Source: Trueperaceae bacterium
Lineage (GTDB): Bacteria > Deinococcota > Deinococci > Deinococcales > Trueperaceae
NCBI GenBank assembly: GCA_040905465.1
Contig: JBBDRK010000043.1
Span: 38,818-102,817 of the forward strand
Direction: 5' to 3'
DNA: 64,000 nucleotides
The notes beneath the pieces are model-generated. The model saw only the letters and a program-made list of their open reading frames with translations, was not told the DNA's origin and made no database searches. The number at the start of each line of letters is the position of its first letter. Within the stretch, counting starts at the first letter, position 1. Shown in pieces: positions 17,371 to 26,811 of this stretch. A program made the translations under genes and the position numbers.

Positions 17371-18903
17371 ATGAACGTATGGGTTCTCTCGCTCGATATA
17401 GGCACCACCTCTGTGAAGGCGGCGGCCGTTACGCTCGATGGGCAGTCGCTCGCTTCAAGGACCTCCCCGTACCGCACCCACCGGCCGCGCCCGAACGTAG
17501 TCGAGCATGATCCGAACGACTGGTGGGCGGCGACCCGAAAGGCCTGTGCCGAGCTGTTCGGCGCCTCCGGTGTCGAGCCGTCGGACCTGGTCGCCGTCGG
17601 GCTGAGCGGGATGGCGGCCACGCATGTGCTGCTTGGAGCCGACGGTGGCCTGATGGGTCCCGCCATCATCTGGCAGGACACCCGGGCAACGCGTGAAGCA
17701 GCTCGGTTGAATGAGCAACTTGGCGAAGATGGGATTCGCGCCGCACTCGGGTCCGGCATCGGCATGACGGCCTCGATGCAGGGCGCCCGCATGCTGTGGC
17801 TGCACGAAAATGCGCCCGAACTCCTGGCTGGAACGCGCCACATCCTGGGCTCGAAGGATTACCTTCTCTACCTGCTCACAGGGGAGCTGGCCACCGATAG
17901 GACCTCGTGCAGTGGCTTGTGCCATATTCTTACCGGGGAGTTGCATGCGGCGATGGCGAGCGCGACCGGCGTCGATGCAAGCCTCCTTCCGCCACGGCTG
18001 GACCCGACAACCGTCGGAGGTCGTGTCACAGCGGGGGCGTCTCGCGCAACGGGCATTCCCGAGGGGACACCGGTTGCGGTGGGAATGATCGACTCCTGGT
18101 GCAATATCCTTGGCGCCGCCGTCACCGATCCCGGCGACGCGTTCGATACCGCCGGCACGGCGGAGGTCGTAGGTGTGGCGGCTGCCGCCAACTCCAGGCT
18201 GGCCCAGACGTCCGAGCGCCAGTTCCTCACCGAGGTGGCGCTGTCGTACGGTGTCACCCAGTGCGGAACGGACGCATTGACCTGGTACGGGGAGGTTTTT
18301 CCTGAGCATGGTGCCGATGGCGCCCAGCTCGGTGAGGATTCGCTCTATCGTCATCTGGATGGCCTGGCGGACTCGGCTGCCCCCGGAGCCGACGGACTGA
18401 TCTTCCTCCCATACCTGCAGGGGGAACGGGCCCCCTTCTCGGACTCCCGCGTACGGGCCGGGTTCCACGGGGTTCACCGGGGTCACCGCCGTCCCGATTT
18501 CGTCCGTTCTGTGCTCGAGGGAGTCGCTTTCAGCGTGCGTCATGTCCTGGAGGCGCACGAGGAGCTCGGTGAGGTCCAGGCAAGTCAGGTAGTGGTGACC
18601 AGTGGCGGATCGAAGAGCCGGCTGTGGAACCAGATCAAGGCGGACGTGGTGGGCCGGCCGTTCGCCAGCCTCGAAGTCAGCGACGCCGGGTCGGTCGGTG
18701 CCGCTATACTCGGCGCGGTTGCCGTCGGACGGTATTCGATTACGGAGGGGGTAGAGCGAATGGTCCGTATTGCCACCGTGTCCGAGCCCCAGCCGGGGCT
18801 TCGCGACCGATACGACGAACTCTACGGGTTGTATCTGCAGCTCGGCACGACGTTGCGAGACGTCCATCATCGGATCGCCGACTATCAGGCACGGGAAGGG
18901 TGA
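17371..18903 (+). CDS. FGGY family carbohydrate kinase (xylulokinase-like)
   Basis: LSLDIGTTSVKAA N-terminal ATPase motif, IWQDTR, FLPYLQGERAP and VTSGGSKSRLWNQIKADV. ATG follows GGAGG. Confidence 0.85.
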   Translation: MNVWVLSLDIGTTSVKAAAVTLDGQSLASRTSPYRTHRPRPNVVEHDPNDWWAATRKACAELFGASGVEPSDLVAVGLSGMAATHVLLGADGGLMGPAIIWQDTRATREAARLNEQLGEDGIRAALGSGIGMTASMQGARMLWLHENAPELLAGTRHILGSKDYLLYLLTGELATDRTSCSGLCHILTGELHAAMASATGVDASLLPPRLDPTTVGGRVTAGASRATGIPEGTPVAVGMIDSWCNILGAAVTDPGDAFDTAGTAEVVGVAAAANSRLAQTSERQFLTEVALSYGVTQCGTDALTWYGEVFPEHGADGAQLGEDSLYRHLDGLADSAAPGADGLIFLPYLQGERAPFSDSRVRAGFHGVHRGHRRPDFVRSVLEGVAFSVRHVLEAHEELGEVQASQVVVTSGGSKSRLWNQIKADVVGRPFASLEVSDAGSVGAAILGAVAVGRYSITEGVERMVRIATVSEPQPGLRDRYDELYGLYLQLGTTLRDVHHRIADYQAREG

Positions 18904-18978
18904 AGCGGTGCTAAAACTCGAAGCCGGCACATCTTGCCCTCCAATCGACGCGGCACATGCACTGTCTGGGGGAGGCTC

Positions 18979-19677
18979 ATGGCCAGGCTAGCCGCGTCGC
19001 TTCTCGCTGCCGACCCCGGGCGGCTGGCAGAGGCAACGATAGCCGCCGACGAGTTCGGTATACCCGTATTGCACCTCGATGCCGTCGACGGCCACTTCGC
19101 CAGGTGGATAGCCTTTGGACCTGATACGGTCGCCGCCCTGCGCCCGTTGTTCAAGGGCTTCTTCGATGTGCACCTGATGCTCATGCAGCCGGAGCGGCAC
19201 ATCGAGCGCTATGCCGAGGCCGGAGCGGACGGGATGACGGTTCACCTCGACGCTACCCTTCACCATCATCGGCACCTCGGTTCGATCCGCAAGCTCGGCT
19301 GCGAAGCGGGCGTGGCTATCAGTCCCGGCACCCCGATCGAAGCCGCCCTGGAGCTGTTCCAGCTCGAGTCGGTCGATCGCCTGCTCATCATGAGTGTCAA
19401 TCCCGGATTCGCAGCGGCACCGTTTCTGGAGAATCTGTTGCGGAAGGTCGACCGTGCCAGACGGTTACGGGACGAAAACGGGTGGCACTTTCAGATATCG
19501 GTCGATGGCGGGATGAACATTCAAAACGTCGGGCCGGTCGTCGATGCCGGGGCCGACGTTATAGTCAGCGGCAGCGGCCTCTACTCCGGTCCGTCGTTCG
19601 CAGAGAGTGCCAGGGCCCTGATGGATGCCCTCGAGCAGCGGTTTGATGAAGACGGTCGGCGCGATCAGGCGGTATAA
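18979..19677 (+). CDS. Ribulose-phosphate 3-epimerase-like protein, divergent paralogue
   Basis: ATG 18979 follows GGGGGAGG. The overall pattern matches the 12550-13230 product (LHLDAVDGHF, DVHLM, IMSVNPG, SVDGGM, VSGSGLY), but with ARW in place of VPN and FAAAPF in place of YGGASF. Confidence 0.75.
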   Translation: MARLAASLLAADPGRLAEATIAADEFGIPVLHLDAVDGHFARWIAFGPDTVAALRPLFKGFFDVHLMLMQPERHIERYAEAGADGMTVHLDATLHHHRHLGSIRKLGCEAGVAISPGTPIEAALELFQLESVDRLLIMSVNPGFAAAPFLENLLRKVDRARRLRDENGWHFQISVDGGMNIQNVGPVVDAGADVIVSGSGLYSGPSFAESARALMDALEQRFDEDGRRDQAV

Positions 19678-20459
19678 CCGCCGTCGACGGCCAGGATGGC
19701 TCCGGTAGTGTATCCGGCGTCGTCACAGGCAAAGTAGGCGATGGCCGCTGCGATCTCCTGCGGTGTCCCCAGTCTGCCGGCGGGCCGCGTCGCATAGCGT
19801 GCCAGAGCGGCCTGCGGATCGGGGGTGAGCGCCACCGCGTTCAGAACCATGGGCGTACGCGTCGTTCCAGGGCAGACGCAATTCACCCGCACGCCGTCAT
19901 CGGCCAGATCGAGTGCCATGCAGCGCGTGAGCTCGACCACGGCCGCCTTGGCTGCACAGTATCCCGCCAGCCCTCGTATTCCTTTCAGGCCCGCCTCCGA
20001 AGAGACGTTTACGATGGCGCCGCGGCCCTGCCGCTTCATGATCCGGGCCCCTTCACGGGCGCAGTAGAACGTCCCGGTGAGGTTGACAGCTATCAGCTCG
20101 TTCCACACGTCGCTGGACGTCTCGTCTGCAGCGCCGCGCGTCAGCAGCCCGGCCGAGTTCACGAGCACCGTAGGAGAACCCAATCGCGACTCCACTTCGG
20201 CAAAGGCGTTCTCGACGCTGCCGTCGTCGGTCACGTCGCAGCGAACCCACTCACCCTGCGGAGCATCGCTCGGCAGTCGTCGCAGAACTTTGCGTGCCGC
20301 CTTCTCGTCGCGGCTGAGTATCGCCACTCTGGCACCGGACGAAGCGAGCAGTTCGGCGGTGGCCGCGCCTATACCGCTCGAGCCGCCGACCACCACTGCT
20401 ACATGGCCCGCGAAGTCGTAGCGTATTGAAGCCCGAGCCGTTCCTTGCGATTCCGTCAT
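19665..20459 (-). CDS. SDR family oxidoreductase
   Basis: VVGGSSGIGAA cofactor motif, NSAG and YCAAKAAV (YxxxK). ATG 20459 is preceded by GGAGG. The 3' end overlaps the convergent epimerase-like gene by 13 nt. Confidence 0.85.
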   Translation of the reverse strand: MTESQGTARASIRYDFAGHVAVVVGGSSGIGAATAELLASSGARVAILSRDEKAARKVLRRLPSDAPQGEWVRCDVTDDGSVENAFAEVESRLGSPTVLVNSAGLLTRGAADETSSDVWNELIAVNLTGTFYCAREGARIMKRQGRGAIVNVSSEAGLKGIRGLAGYCAAKAAVVELTRCMALDLADDGVRVNCVCPGTTRTPMVLNAVALTPDPQAALARYATRPAGRLGTPQEIAAAIAYFACDDAGYTTGAILAVDGGYTA

Positions 20460-20485
20460 GAGCAAACCTCCGCCGTCCACGGCGC

Positions 20486-21601
20486 CTAGCGGCGAGAAAA
20501 GTCGAAACCGGAGTCAATACCCCCGATGGCGGATGCCAGAAGCTCGATCAGGCCATCGAGGTCGGCAAGGTCCGTGGTTTCGATCGGGGTATGCGCGTAG
20601 CGCCGAGGGGTTCCGACATCTATACAGGCGACGCCTTCCCCCACGAGCTGTACGTATGCGGCGTCCGTGAGTCCCCCGAACCCTGCATTGCGTTGGAGCG
20701 GGACACCGGTTGCTTTGGCCGTACCCTCGATCAGACGAACCAGTGCCGGGTGCGGCAGTAGTCCGTTTAGTGTGCCCCTACCGTGGAAGTTGTAAAGCGA
20801 CATGGTTGGCCCTTCGCCCAACCTCACATGACTCATTCCATAGAGATCAGGGGTGTCCGCGGCCGCTCCCCCATCGACGCAGATCGCGATGTCTGGACGA
20901 AGCGCATTGGCCGCGGGCTGTGCGCCCCTGAGGTTGAATTCCTCCTGCACGGTGGCGACCACATGGACGGTTGCAGCCGGTTTTTTGACATGCAACTCCC
21001 GAAGGACCTCGAGGATTACCAGGCAGCCGCTACGGTTGTCGACGGCCGTGCCACTCACCCGGTTCTTTCCCAACCATTGGGCGTGACCCACGTAGGTGAC
21101 GGGATCTCCGATCTGCACCCCCATCTCGCGCACTTCTTCGGCACTCGTCGCCCCGAGGTCGAGGAACAACTCGGCTAGCGGCGTAACACGCAGCTTCTCT
21201 TCCGCCGGGGTTACGTGATGGGCCTTCACGGCGATGACTGCGGGGACGTCAGTGCCGTCGCTGGTAGAGACGACCACGCGCAGCGCGGGAAGGACCTTCT
21301 CCGGAATGCCTCCGAGACGGTAGACGCGCACGAACCCGTCGTCTTCGATCTTCCGCACGATGAACCCGAGCGAGTCCATGTGGGCGAAGAGCATCACCGT
21401 GGGAGCGGCAGGATCGCTGCCGTTCACCGTGGCGATGACGTTCCCTAGTCGGTCTTCACGGACCTCATCGGCGAACGGTTGCATGTTGTCCGCCATGAAC
21501 GACGCCACTCTTTGTTCGTGTCCGGCGAGCCCCTGCAGGCGCATGAGATCGAACAGCAGCGTGCTGCGCCTATCCCTCTGGTCCGGTTGATTACTATCCA
21601 T
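20486..21601 (-). CDS. M42 family metallopeptidase-like protein (FrvX/SgcX type)
   Basis: GLAGHEQRVASFM, DRLGNVIATVNG, MLFAHMDSLGFIVRKIEDDGF.RVY.LGG, DNRSGC and VQEEFNLRGA blocks. Paralogue of 39828-40931. Confidence 0.8.
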   Translation of the reverse strand: MDSNQPDQRDRRSTLLFDLMRLQGLAGHEQRVASFMADNMQPFADEVREDRLGNVIATVNGSDPAAPTVMLFAHMDSLGFIVRKIEDDGFVRVYRLGGIPEKVLPALRVVVSTSDGTDVPAVIAVKAHHVTPAEEKLRVTPLAELFLDLGATSAEEVREMGVQIGDPVTYVGHAQWLGKNRVSGTAVDNRSGCLVILEVLRELHVKKPAATVHVVATVQEEFNLRGAQPAANALRPDIAICVDGGAAADTPDLYGMSHVRLGEGPTMSLYNFHGRGTLNGLLPHPALVRLIEGTAKATGVPLQRNAGFGGLTDAAYVQLVGEGVACIDVGTPRRYAHTPIETTDLADLDGLIELLASAIGGIDSGFDFSRR

Positions 21602-21657
21602 GCTTGCTCACGCTCCTTGTGTGCCAAGAGACTCGTATAGGGTCGAACAGAGGTCGG

Positions 21658-22389
21658 CTATCCGGTCCGCCTCATCAGGCTGAAGGTTTGGCCGGAGGGG
21701 CCGGGGGCTGGGCAGCTAGCCAGGTACAGCGCCAGAGGCACGACATCGTCGGGGTTTTTGATCCACTCCGAGCCAACGTTCATGACCGAACCCGAGCCCT
21801 TCTCGGCGACGGTCATCTCGGTCCGTACCGGACCGGGAATGAGCTCGTTGACGGATATACCGTACGGAGCGAGTTCGTCGGACAATAGTCTGGTGAGTGC
21901 CCAAAGTGCAGCCTTCGAGCAGATGTATGACGAGTTGCTGTTGCGGGCATGGTGTCCCGTTCCCGATCCGATCGTCACAACGCGCCCTCCTGAACTCGAC
22001 TTCAGGTATGGGATCGCGAGCCGAATACAGTGATACGCCCCAGTGAGGTTGACAGCGATGGTCTGCTGCCAAGCCAGGGGATCGCTCTCTTCTACCGGAC
22101 GCTGGTCTACGTTGATCCCCGCGTTCACTACCAGCAGGTCGAGTCGGGCCGCGTCGCCCGTTAGCTCTCTGATCGCTCGCTCCACTGAGCCGGGGTCGGT
22201 GACGTCGGCCTCCAATGGAAGCGCCTTGCCGCCGGCGCTCTCTATGGCAGCACTGGTCGTCCGGATGTCGTCGCGGTTGCGGCCAAGGCACCCGACGAGC
22301 GCGCCTTCCGCGCCATAGGCGCGTGCAATTGCCGCCCCTATGCCGCGACTGGCCCCGGTAACGAGTGCGATCTTCCCTTGTAGTCGCAT
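21658..22389 (-). CDS. SDR family oxidoreductase
   Basis: VTGASRGIGAAIA, NAGI and YICSKAAL (YxxxK). Confidence 0.85.
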   Translation of the reverse strand: MRLQGKIALVTGASRGIGAAIARAYGAEGALVGCLGRNRDDIRTTSAAIESAGGKALPLEADVTDPGSVERAIRELTGDAARLDLLVVNAGINVDQRPVEESDPLAWQQTIAVNLTGAYHCIRLAIPYLKSSSGGRVVTIGSGTGHHARNSNSSYICSKAALWALTRLLSDELAPYGISVNELIPGPVRTEMTVAEKGSGSVMNVGSEWIKNPDDVVPLALYLASCPAPGPSGQTFSLMRRTG

Positions 22390-22436
22390 GGCCTCACCTT
22401 CTTTGGTCGGGTTGCGAACTGGCGAGCTGGCGTTCG

Positions 22437-23222
22437 TTACCAGGACGTATACCCGCCGTCTATCACGAGATTTGTGCCTGTTGCATATGAGGAAGCGTCG
22501 GAAGCCAGATAGAGTACTGCCCGGGCGACTTCGAGAGGCTCACCGACCCTCCCCATGGGGGTCATGCTGACCCACGTTTCCGCCCAGGCAGGATTGGCCA
22601 TACCCCGCTTGGTCAAGGCGGTGCCGATATAGCCTGGCGACACCGAGTTCACCCGCACGTTGCGCCCAGCCCACTCTGTCGCCAACGACTTGGTAAGCAT
22701 GATGACCCCGGCCTTCGAAACGTTGTAATGGACCTGCGGCTGCGGCTTGTTGGCAACGAGGCCGGACATGGACGCGATATTCACGATGACTCCGGCTTCC
22801 TTCCGGAGCATGTGCCGCCCTACCTCGCGGCACATCCAGAAGGCACCGTTGAGGTTCACGTCGAGCACATCGCGCCACTCGGTATCCGCGATCTCTTCCG
22901 CGGCGGTGTTGTATACGATCCCGGCATTGTTGACCAGCACGTCGATCCGGGAGAAGTCGTCGACCACATTGGCGACCACGTCACGAACCTGTTCCGGATC
23001 ACGCACGTCCAATTCGTACGATGCTGCCTTCGCCCCGGTTCGACCCAGCTCCTCGGCCGCCGTTCGGCCGGCTTTGCCGTCGAACTCGGCGATGGCGACG
23101 TCGGCTCCCGCAGCAGCCAGAAGGTCGGCGATCGCCCGGCCGATTCCCCGACCAGCGCCGGTTATCAGTGCTGTACGCCCCGCCAGGCTCGTATGCGGTT
23201 CGCTGCTCGGTCTCCCATTCAC
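22437..23222 (-). CDS. SDR family oxidoreductase
   Basis: ITGAGRGIGRAIA, NNAGI and YNVSKAGV (YxxxK). GTG 23222 is preceded by GGGAGG. Confidence 0.85.
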   Translation of the reverse strand: MNGRPSSEPHTSLAGRTALITGAGRGIGRAIADLLAAAGADVAIAEFDGKAGRTAAEELGRTGAKAASYELDVRDPEQVRDVVANVVDDFSRIDVLVNNAGIVYNTAAEEIADTEWRDVLDVNLNGAFWMCREVGRHMLRKEAGVIVNIASMSGLVANKPQPQVHYNVSKAGVIMLTKSLATEWAGRNVRVNSVSPGYIGTALTKRGMANPAWAETWVSMTPMGRVGEPLEVARAVLYLASDASSYATGTNLVIDGGYTSW

Positions 23223-23280
23223 TGTCGTCGCCTCCCGAACGAAAGTGGCGGCCTGACAGAAGAACGCAGAACGGCGTCGA

Positions 23281-24720
23281 TCATCGCCACTCGCGACTCC
23301 AATCCGCGGTTGTCCGGTTGCTCTCTATGAGCCACTCGCGAAGTACCGAAAGGAGTTCCTGTTTGATGTGACCGCTCGCAGGGTCGTCCCACAGGTTGCG
23401 TGTCTCCTCCGGGTCATCGGTCAGGTCGAACAGTTGGCCGAACGCCTCTTGGTGGAAGTGCACCAACTTCCATTCGACAGACCTGACCATAGTCATGAAG
23501 GAGGTCTCGTTCAGGATGAAGTCTCGCCCCTGCTCGGCGAACACGTAGTCGCGTCCTTCGCTGCTGATGCCGGTAAGAACCGGCATCAGCGAACGCGCTT
23601 CCATGTGAGACGGAGGATCTATTCCGGCCAGCTGAAGGATCGTTGGGCCGAGGTCCATCCACTGGAATAGCTGGTCGAACACCTCACCGGCCGGAATCCT
23701 GCCCGGACTCCAAACGATCGCTGGAACCCGAGTGACGATGTCGTACATTGTCCACTTCTGGCTGTGGCCGTGGTCCCCGAGACAGTCGCCGTGGTCTGAG
23801 GTGAAGATCACGACAGCATCGTCCAGATAGCCTCTCTCTTCGAGCTTGGCGAAGATCGCGCCGACCTTCTCGTCGATCAAGGTCACGTTTGCCAGGTAGT
23901 GGGCGCGGACCCGTCTGAGCTTCTCCGGAGACGCATCCAGGTCGAATACGACGGCGTCATGGTCGACTTCTGCATGATTGCGCCGTAGCGCATGCAACGG
24001 CGGCGGTTGCAGGTCTAACTCCGGGGCCGTCACACCTTGGATCGGCAGCTCCTTCTCGAGGTAGGGATCGACGTATCGCTGCGGCGGGTCATAGGGAGGA
24101 TGGGGCCCAGGGAAGCCGATCTCCATAAACAGCGGTTCCTGCTTCGGTTGCTTATCGAGCCACCAGCATGCGAGGTCGCCGACAAAGGTGTCGGGATGCA
24201 GGTCCTCGGGAAGCTCCCAGGGGATAGCTCCCATCTCCTCGTCGTAGTCGGGGCGGTTGCGATAGCTGACACGCCCCGGCTTATCTAGGCCTCGGGCGTG
24301 GAGCGCCTTGTCCCACTCGTCGAGATACAGTTCCGCTCCGAAATGACGATCCTTGTTCTCGACGACATAGCGCTCGTGGAAGCCCAGCGGAGTTTCGGGA
24401 GGGAAGGTGTGCATCTTGCCGATATTCACACAGCGGTAGCCGGCATCCGCGAGGAGTTCGACCCAGGAGTGTTTCCACTGGTCCTCGTTCTTGAAGACAC
24501 CGGTAGTATGCGGATAGTGGCCGGAAAAGAGGCTGGCACGAGAAGGAGCGCAGCTCGGCGCGGTTATGTGGCAGTTGGCCAGCACTGCTCCCTCGTTCGC
24601 CAGACGATCGAGGTGCGGGGTGTCGACGAAGGGGAACCCCAGTGCAGCGATGGTGTCATACCGCTGCTGGTCCGTGATGATTAGGATGATGTTGGGGGGG
24701 CCGGCTGTCATACTCGACAC
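23281..24720 (-). CDS. Sulfatase (Cys-type formylglycine motif), no signal peptide
   Basis: The N terminus goes straight into NIILIITDQQRYD. The sulfatase signature SCAPSRASLFSG (C-x-P-x-R) is present. The start is GTG 24720 or ATG 24711. Confidence 0.8.
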   Translation of the reverse strand: MSSMTAGPPNIILIITDQQRYDTIAALGFPFVDTPHLDRLANEGAVLANCHITAPSCAPSRASLFSGHYPHTTGVFKNEDQWKHSWVELLADAGYRCVNIGKMHTFPPETPLGFHERYVVENKDRHFGAELYLDEWDKALHARGLDKPGRVSYRNRPDYDEEMGAIPWELPEDLHPDTFVGDLACWWLDKQPKQEPLFMEIGFPGPHPPYDPPQRYVDPYLEKELPIQGVTAPELDLQPPPLHALRRNHAEVDHDAVVFDLDASPEKLRRVRAHYLANVTLIDEKVGAIFAKLEERGYLDDAVVIFTSDHGDCLGDHGHSQKWTMYDIVTRVPAIVWSPGRIPAGEVFDQLFQWMDLGPTILQLAGIDPPSHMEARSLMPVLTGISSEGRDYVFAEQGRDFILNETSFMTMVRSVEWKLVHFHQEAFGQLFDLTDDPEETRNLWDDPASGHIKQELLSVLREWLIESNRTTADWSREWR

Positions 24721-24763
24721 CTTTCGACACTCACAAGTTCGGCCGCCTGCAAGCCGGCGACAG

Positions 24764-25804
24764 CTAGCCTTCGGAAGTAATCGCGACCTTCAGGCCGATC
24801 TGATTGCCTGCAGCTTCGAATGCCTCGACAGTCTTCGCGAGTGGAAAGGTGTGCGTTATCACCTGACGGCCGTCCACCTTACCCTCTGCCAGCATCTTCA
24901 GGGCACGGCGCGAATGTTCGACACCGGCGTTGGAGGTTCCGAATACGAAGATCTGGCGATAGTGGATCTTGTTGGTGTCGAGTGCGACCTCTTTGGTGCC
25001 GAAAGGGAGACCGGCAAAGAATGAGACCGTGCCACCGGCTCGTACCAGATCGAGAGACTGTTGCTGGGCCACTGGAACCGGGGCAGCGACGATCACCACG
25101 TCTGCTCCCAGGCCGTCGGTAGCAGCAAGCACCTCGGCCACGACATCCTGTCTCGACGCATTGATGAGTGTGGCCGAGAGATCTTGTGGAACCATACCGA
25201 GTCGCTCGTCCGAGACATCGACCACCAACAGCGGCTGTACTCTCCGAGCGCTGCACACTTGTGCATGCATGATGCCGATCGGGCCCGCCCCGATCACCAC
25301 TACGGAATCGCCTGGCTTCAGGTCCAGGTGACCGTGGGTGTTGAGGATGCATGCAAGGGGCTCTGTAAGCGCAGCCTCCTCCAGGCTGAGGTGCGGAGGC
25401 ACATGATGCAGGTTGCCGTTTGAAACCATCGACTCCGGAATGCGAACTGATTCGGCGAAGCCGCCCTTTCCGCCGAGGCCCTGGTAGTTCGTGCAGAGCC
25501 ATTCCTGGTCTGTGTTGCAGTAGTGACACTCGCCGCAGCCTCTACCGGAGGGAGACAGGGCAACCCGGTCCCCTACCTCGAACCCCTCTACCTCGGCGCC
25601 TACCTCACTTACGATACCGGCGACTTCGTGGCCCAATACCGCGGGAAGCTTGATCTTCCGGTGACCATACTTGAAGACCTTCAGGTCCGTCCCGCAGATG
25701 GTGCAGACTTTGACTTGTACTATCACGTCGCCGGGTCCGCACACGGGCTCCGGCAGATCCTGCATCTCCAGTTGACCTACACTCGATAGCATTGCCGCTT
25801 TCAT
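24764..25804 (-). CDS. Zinc-dependent medium-chain alcohol/polyol dehydrogenase
   Basis: CTICGTDLK, GHEVAGIV, the structural-Zn Cys cluster GCGECHYCNTDQEWLC, and the VVIGAGPIG Rossmann motif. Confidence 0.85.
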   Translation of the reverse strand: MKAAMLSSVGQLEMQDLPEPVCGPGDVIVQVKVCTICGTDLKVFKYGHRKIKLPAVLGHEVAGIVSEVGAEVEGFEVGDRVALSPSGRGCGECHYCNTDQEWLCTNYQGLGGKGGFAESVRIPESMVSNGNLHHVPPHLSLEEAALTEPLACILNTHGHLDLKPGDSVVVIGAGPIGIMHAQVCSARRVQPLLVVDVSDERLGMVPQDLSATLINASRQDVVAEVLAATDGLGADVVIVAAPVPVAQQQSLDLVRAGGTVSFFAGLPFGTKEVALDTNKIHYRQIFVFGTSNAGVEHSRRALKMLAEGKVDGRQVITHTFPLAKTVEAFEAAGNQIGLKVAITSEG

Positions 25805-25912
25805 CTCAGGTCTCGCTTCCAGGTGAATTGGAACCCGCGTGGCGGGTTGGGCGTCGAGTACTGCATCTGCCGCTCCTCGCCGCCCTGCCCCGCAGGCCCG
25901 GCGGCCAGAAAC

Positions 25913-26725
25913 TCAAGCGCGCCTGCTGAGCTCCGGGTGGAATATCTCGTTGAGCCTCTTCCAGACGGTCTTGGGGTCGCTGTGTTGCCAGACGTTGCGG
26001 CCGACGATCAGTCCCTTTACGCCTTCGCCGGCGATCTTCTCGACCCAGTGATAGAGATCCTCGATCGTGTCGGTCTTGGCGCCGCCCATCACGGTGACGG
26101 GAACCGGGAGGGCCTTGCAGAGGTCTTCGAAGACGCCTTCTGCATACGGCGTCTTGATGGCATCTGCCCCCAGCTCAACTGCGACCCGACAGATGTTGGG
26201 GATGTGCTGAGGGTCGTTCTTCTGATCATCGGGAATGCCGTCTCCCCAAAGTGTCGGTTCGAAGATCACTGGTATACCCAGAATCTCGGATTCGCGGACT
26301 ACCTCGCTCACGAGACGTACGTTGTCCGCATGGACTTCTATGTCCCGACGCCCAAACGCCAGCACTACCTTGACGGCGTCCGCACCCATTGCAGCGGCCT
26401 CGTTGACCGTCGACAACAGGCGATAAGCCTGGCGACCGCTCGACTCTCCGGGAATCGTCCCGGTGATGTGGATGTCTAGCGCCAGCACTACTCCCGGACT
26501 GGGATAGCGGGTCCATAAATCTGTATAGCGCCGGAAAATGCCTGGGTTCAGCAGGACGGCATCAGTGCCGGAGGCCAACGCCCATTCGAGCGTCTCTCCT
26601 GCGTCCTGTAGCCCTTTCATCATGCCGTGCGTCTTTCCGTGATCGATGGTGAACACAACCGAACGGCCATCTCCCCTGAACACGCGAGACAACCTCAGGG
26701 CCTTCGCTGTCGAATGTGTATGCAT
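25913..26725 (-). CDS. Class I aldolase, DhnA/FbaB/LsrF-type (DeoC/LacD superfamily)
   Basis: TIDHG...., GADAVKVVL and GADAIKTPY (Schiff-base Lys context), MGGAKT and GLIVGRNVWQ. ATG 26725 is preceded by GGGAGGAG. Confidence 0.75.
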   Translation of the reverse strand: MHTHSTAKALRLSRVFRGDGRSVVFTIDHGKTHGMMKGLQDAGETLEWALASGTDAVLLNPGIFRRYTDLWTRYPSPGVVLALDIHITGTIPGESSGRQAYRLLSTVNEAAAMGADAVKVVLAFGRRDIEVHADNVRLVSEVVRESEILGIPVIFEPTLWGDGIPDDQKNDPQHIPNICRVAVELGADAIKTPYAEGVFEDLCKALPVPVTVMGGAKTDTIEDLYHWVEKIAGEGVKGLIVGRNVWQHSDPKTVWKRLNEIFHPELSRRA

Positions 26726-26771
26726 AGCTGGCTTCTCCTCCCAGATGGGTATTCAACGCGCCGTGCTAGAT

Positions 26772-26791
26772 GGAACGATCAGGAACGATCA
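26772..26791 (-). promoter_or_regulatory. Tandem 10-bp direct repeat, candidate operator in the aldolase-operon leader
   Basis: Plus-strand GGAACGATCA appears twice (26772-26781 and 26782-26791). On the transcribed strand this reads TGATCGTTCC TGATCGTTCC, roughly 14-33 nt downstream of the predicted start of transcription. Confidence 0.5.
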
Positions 26792-26811
26792 ACTGTTGTG
26801 CAGTGTGTGTC

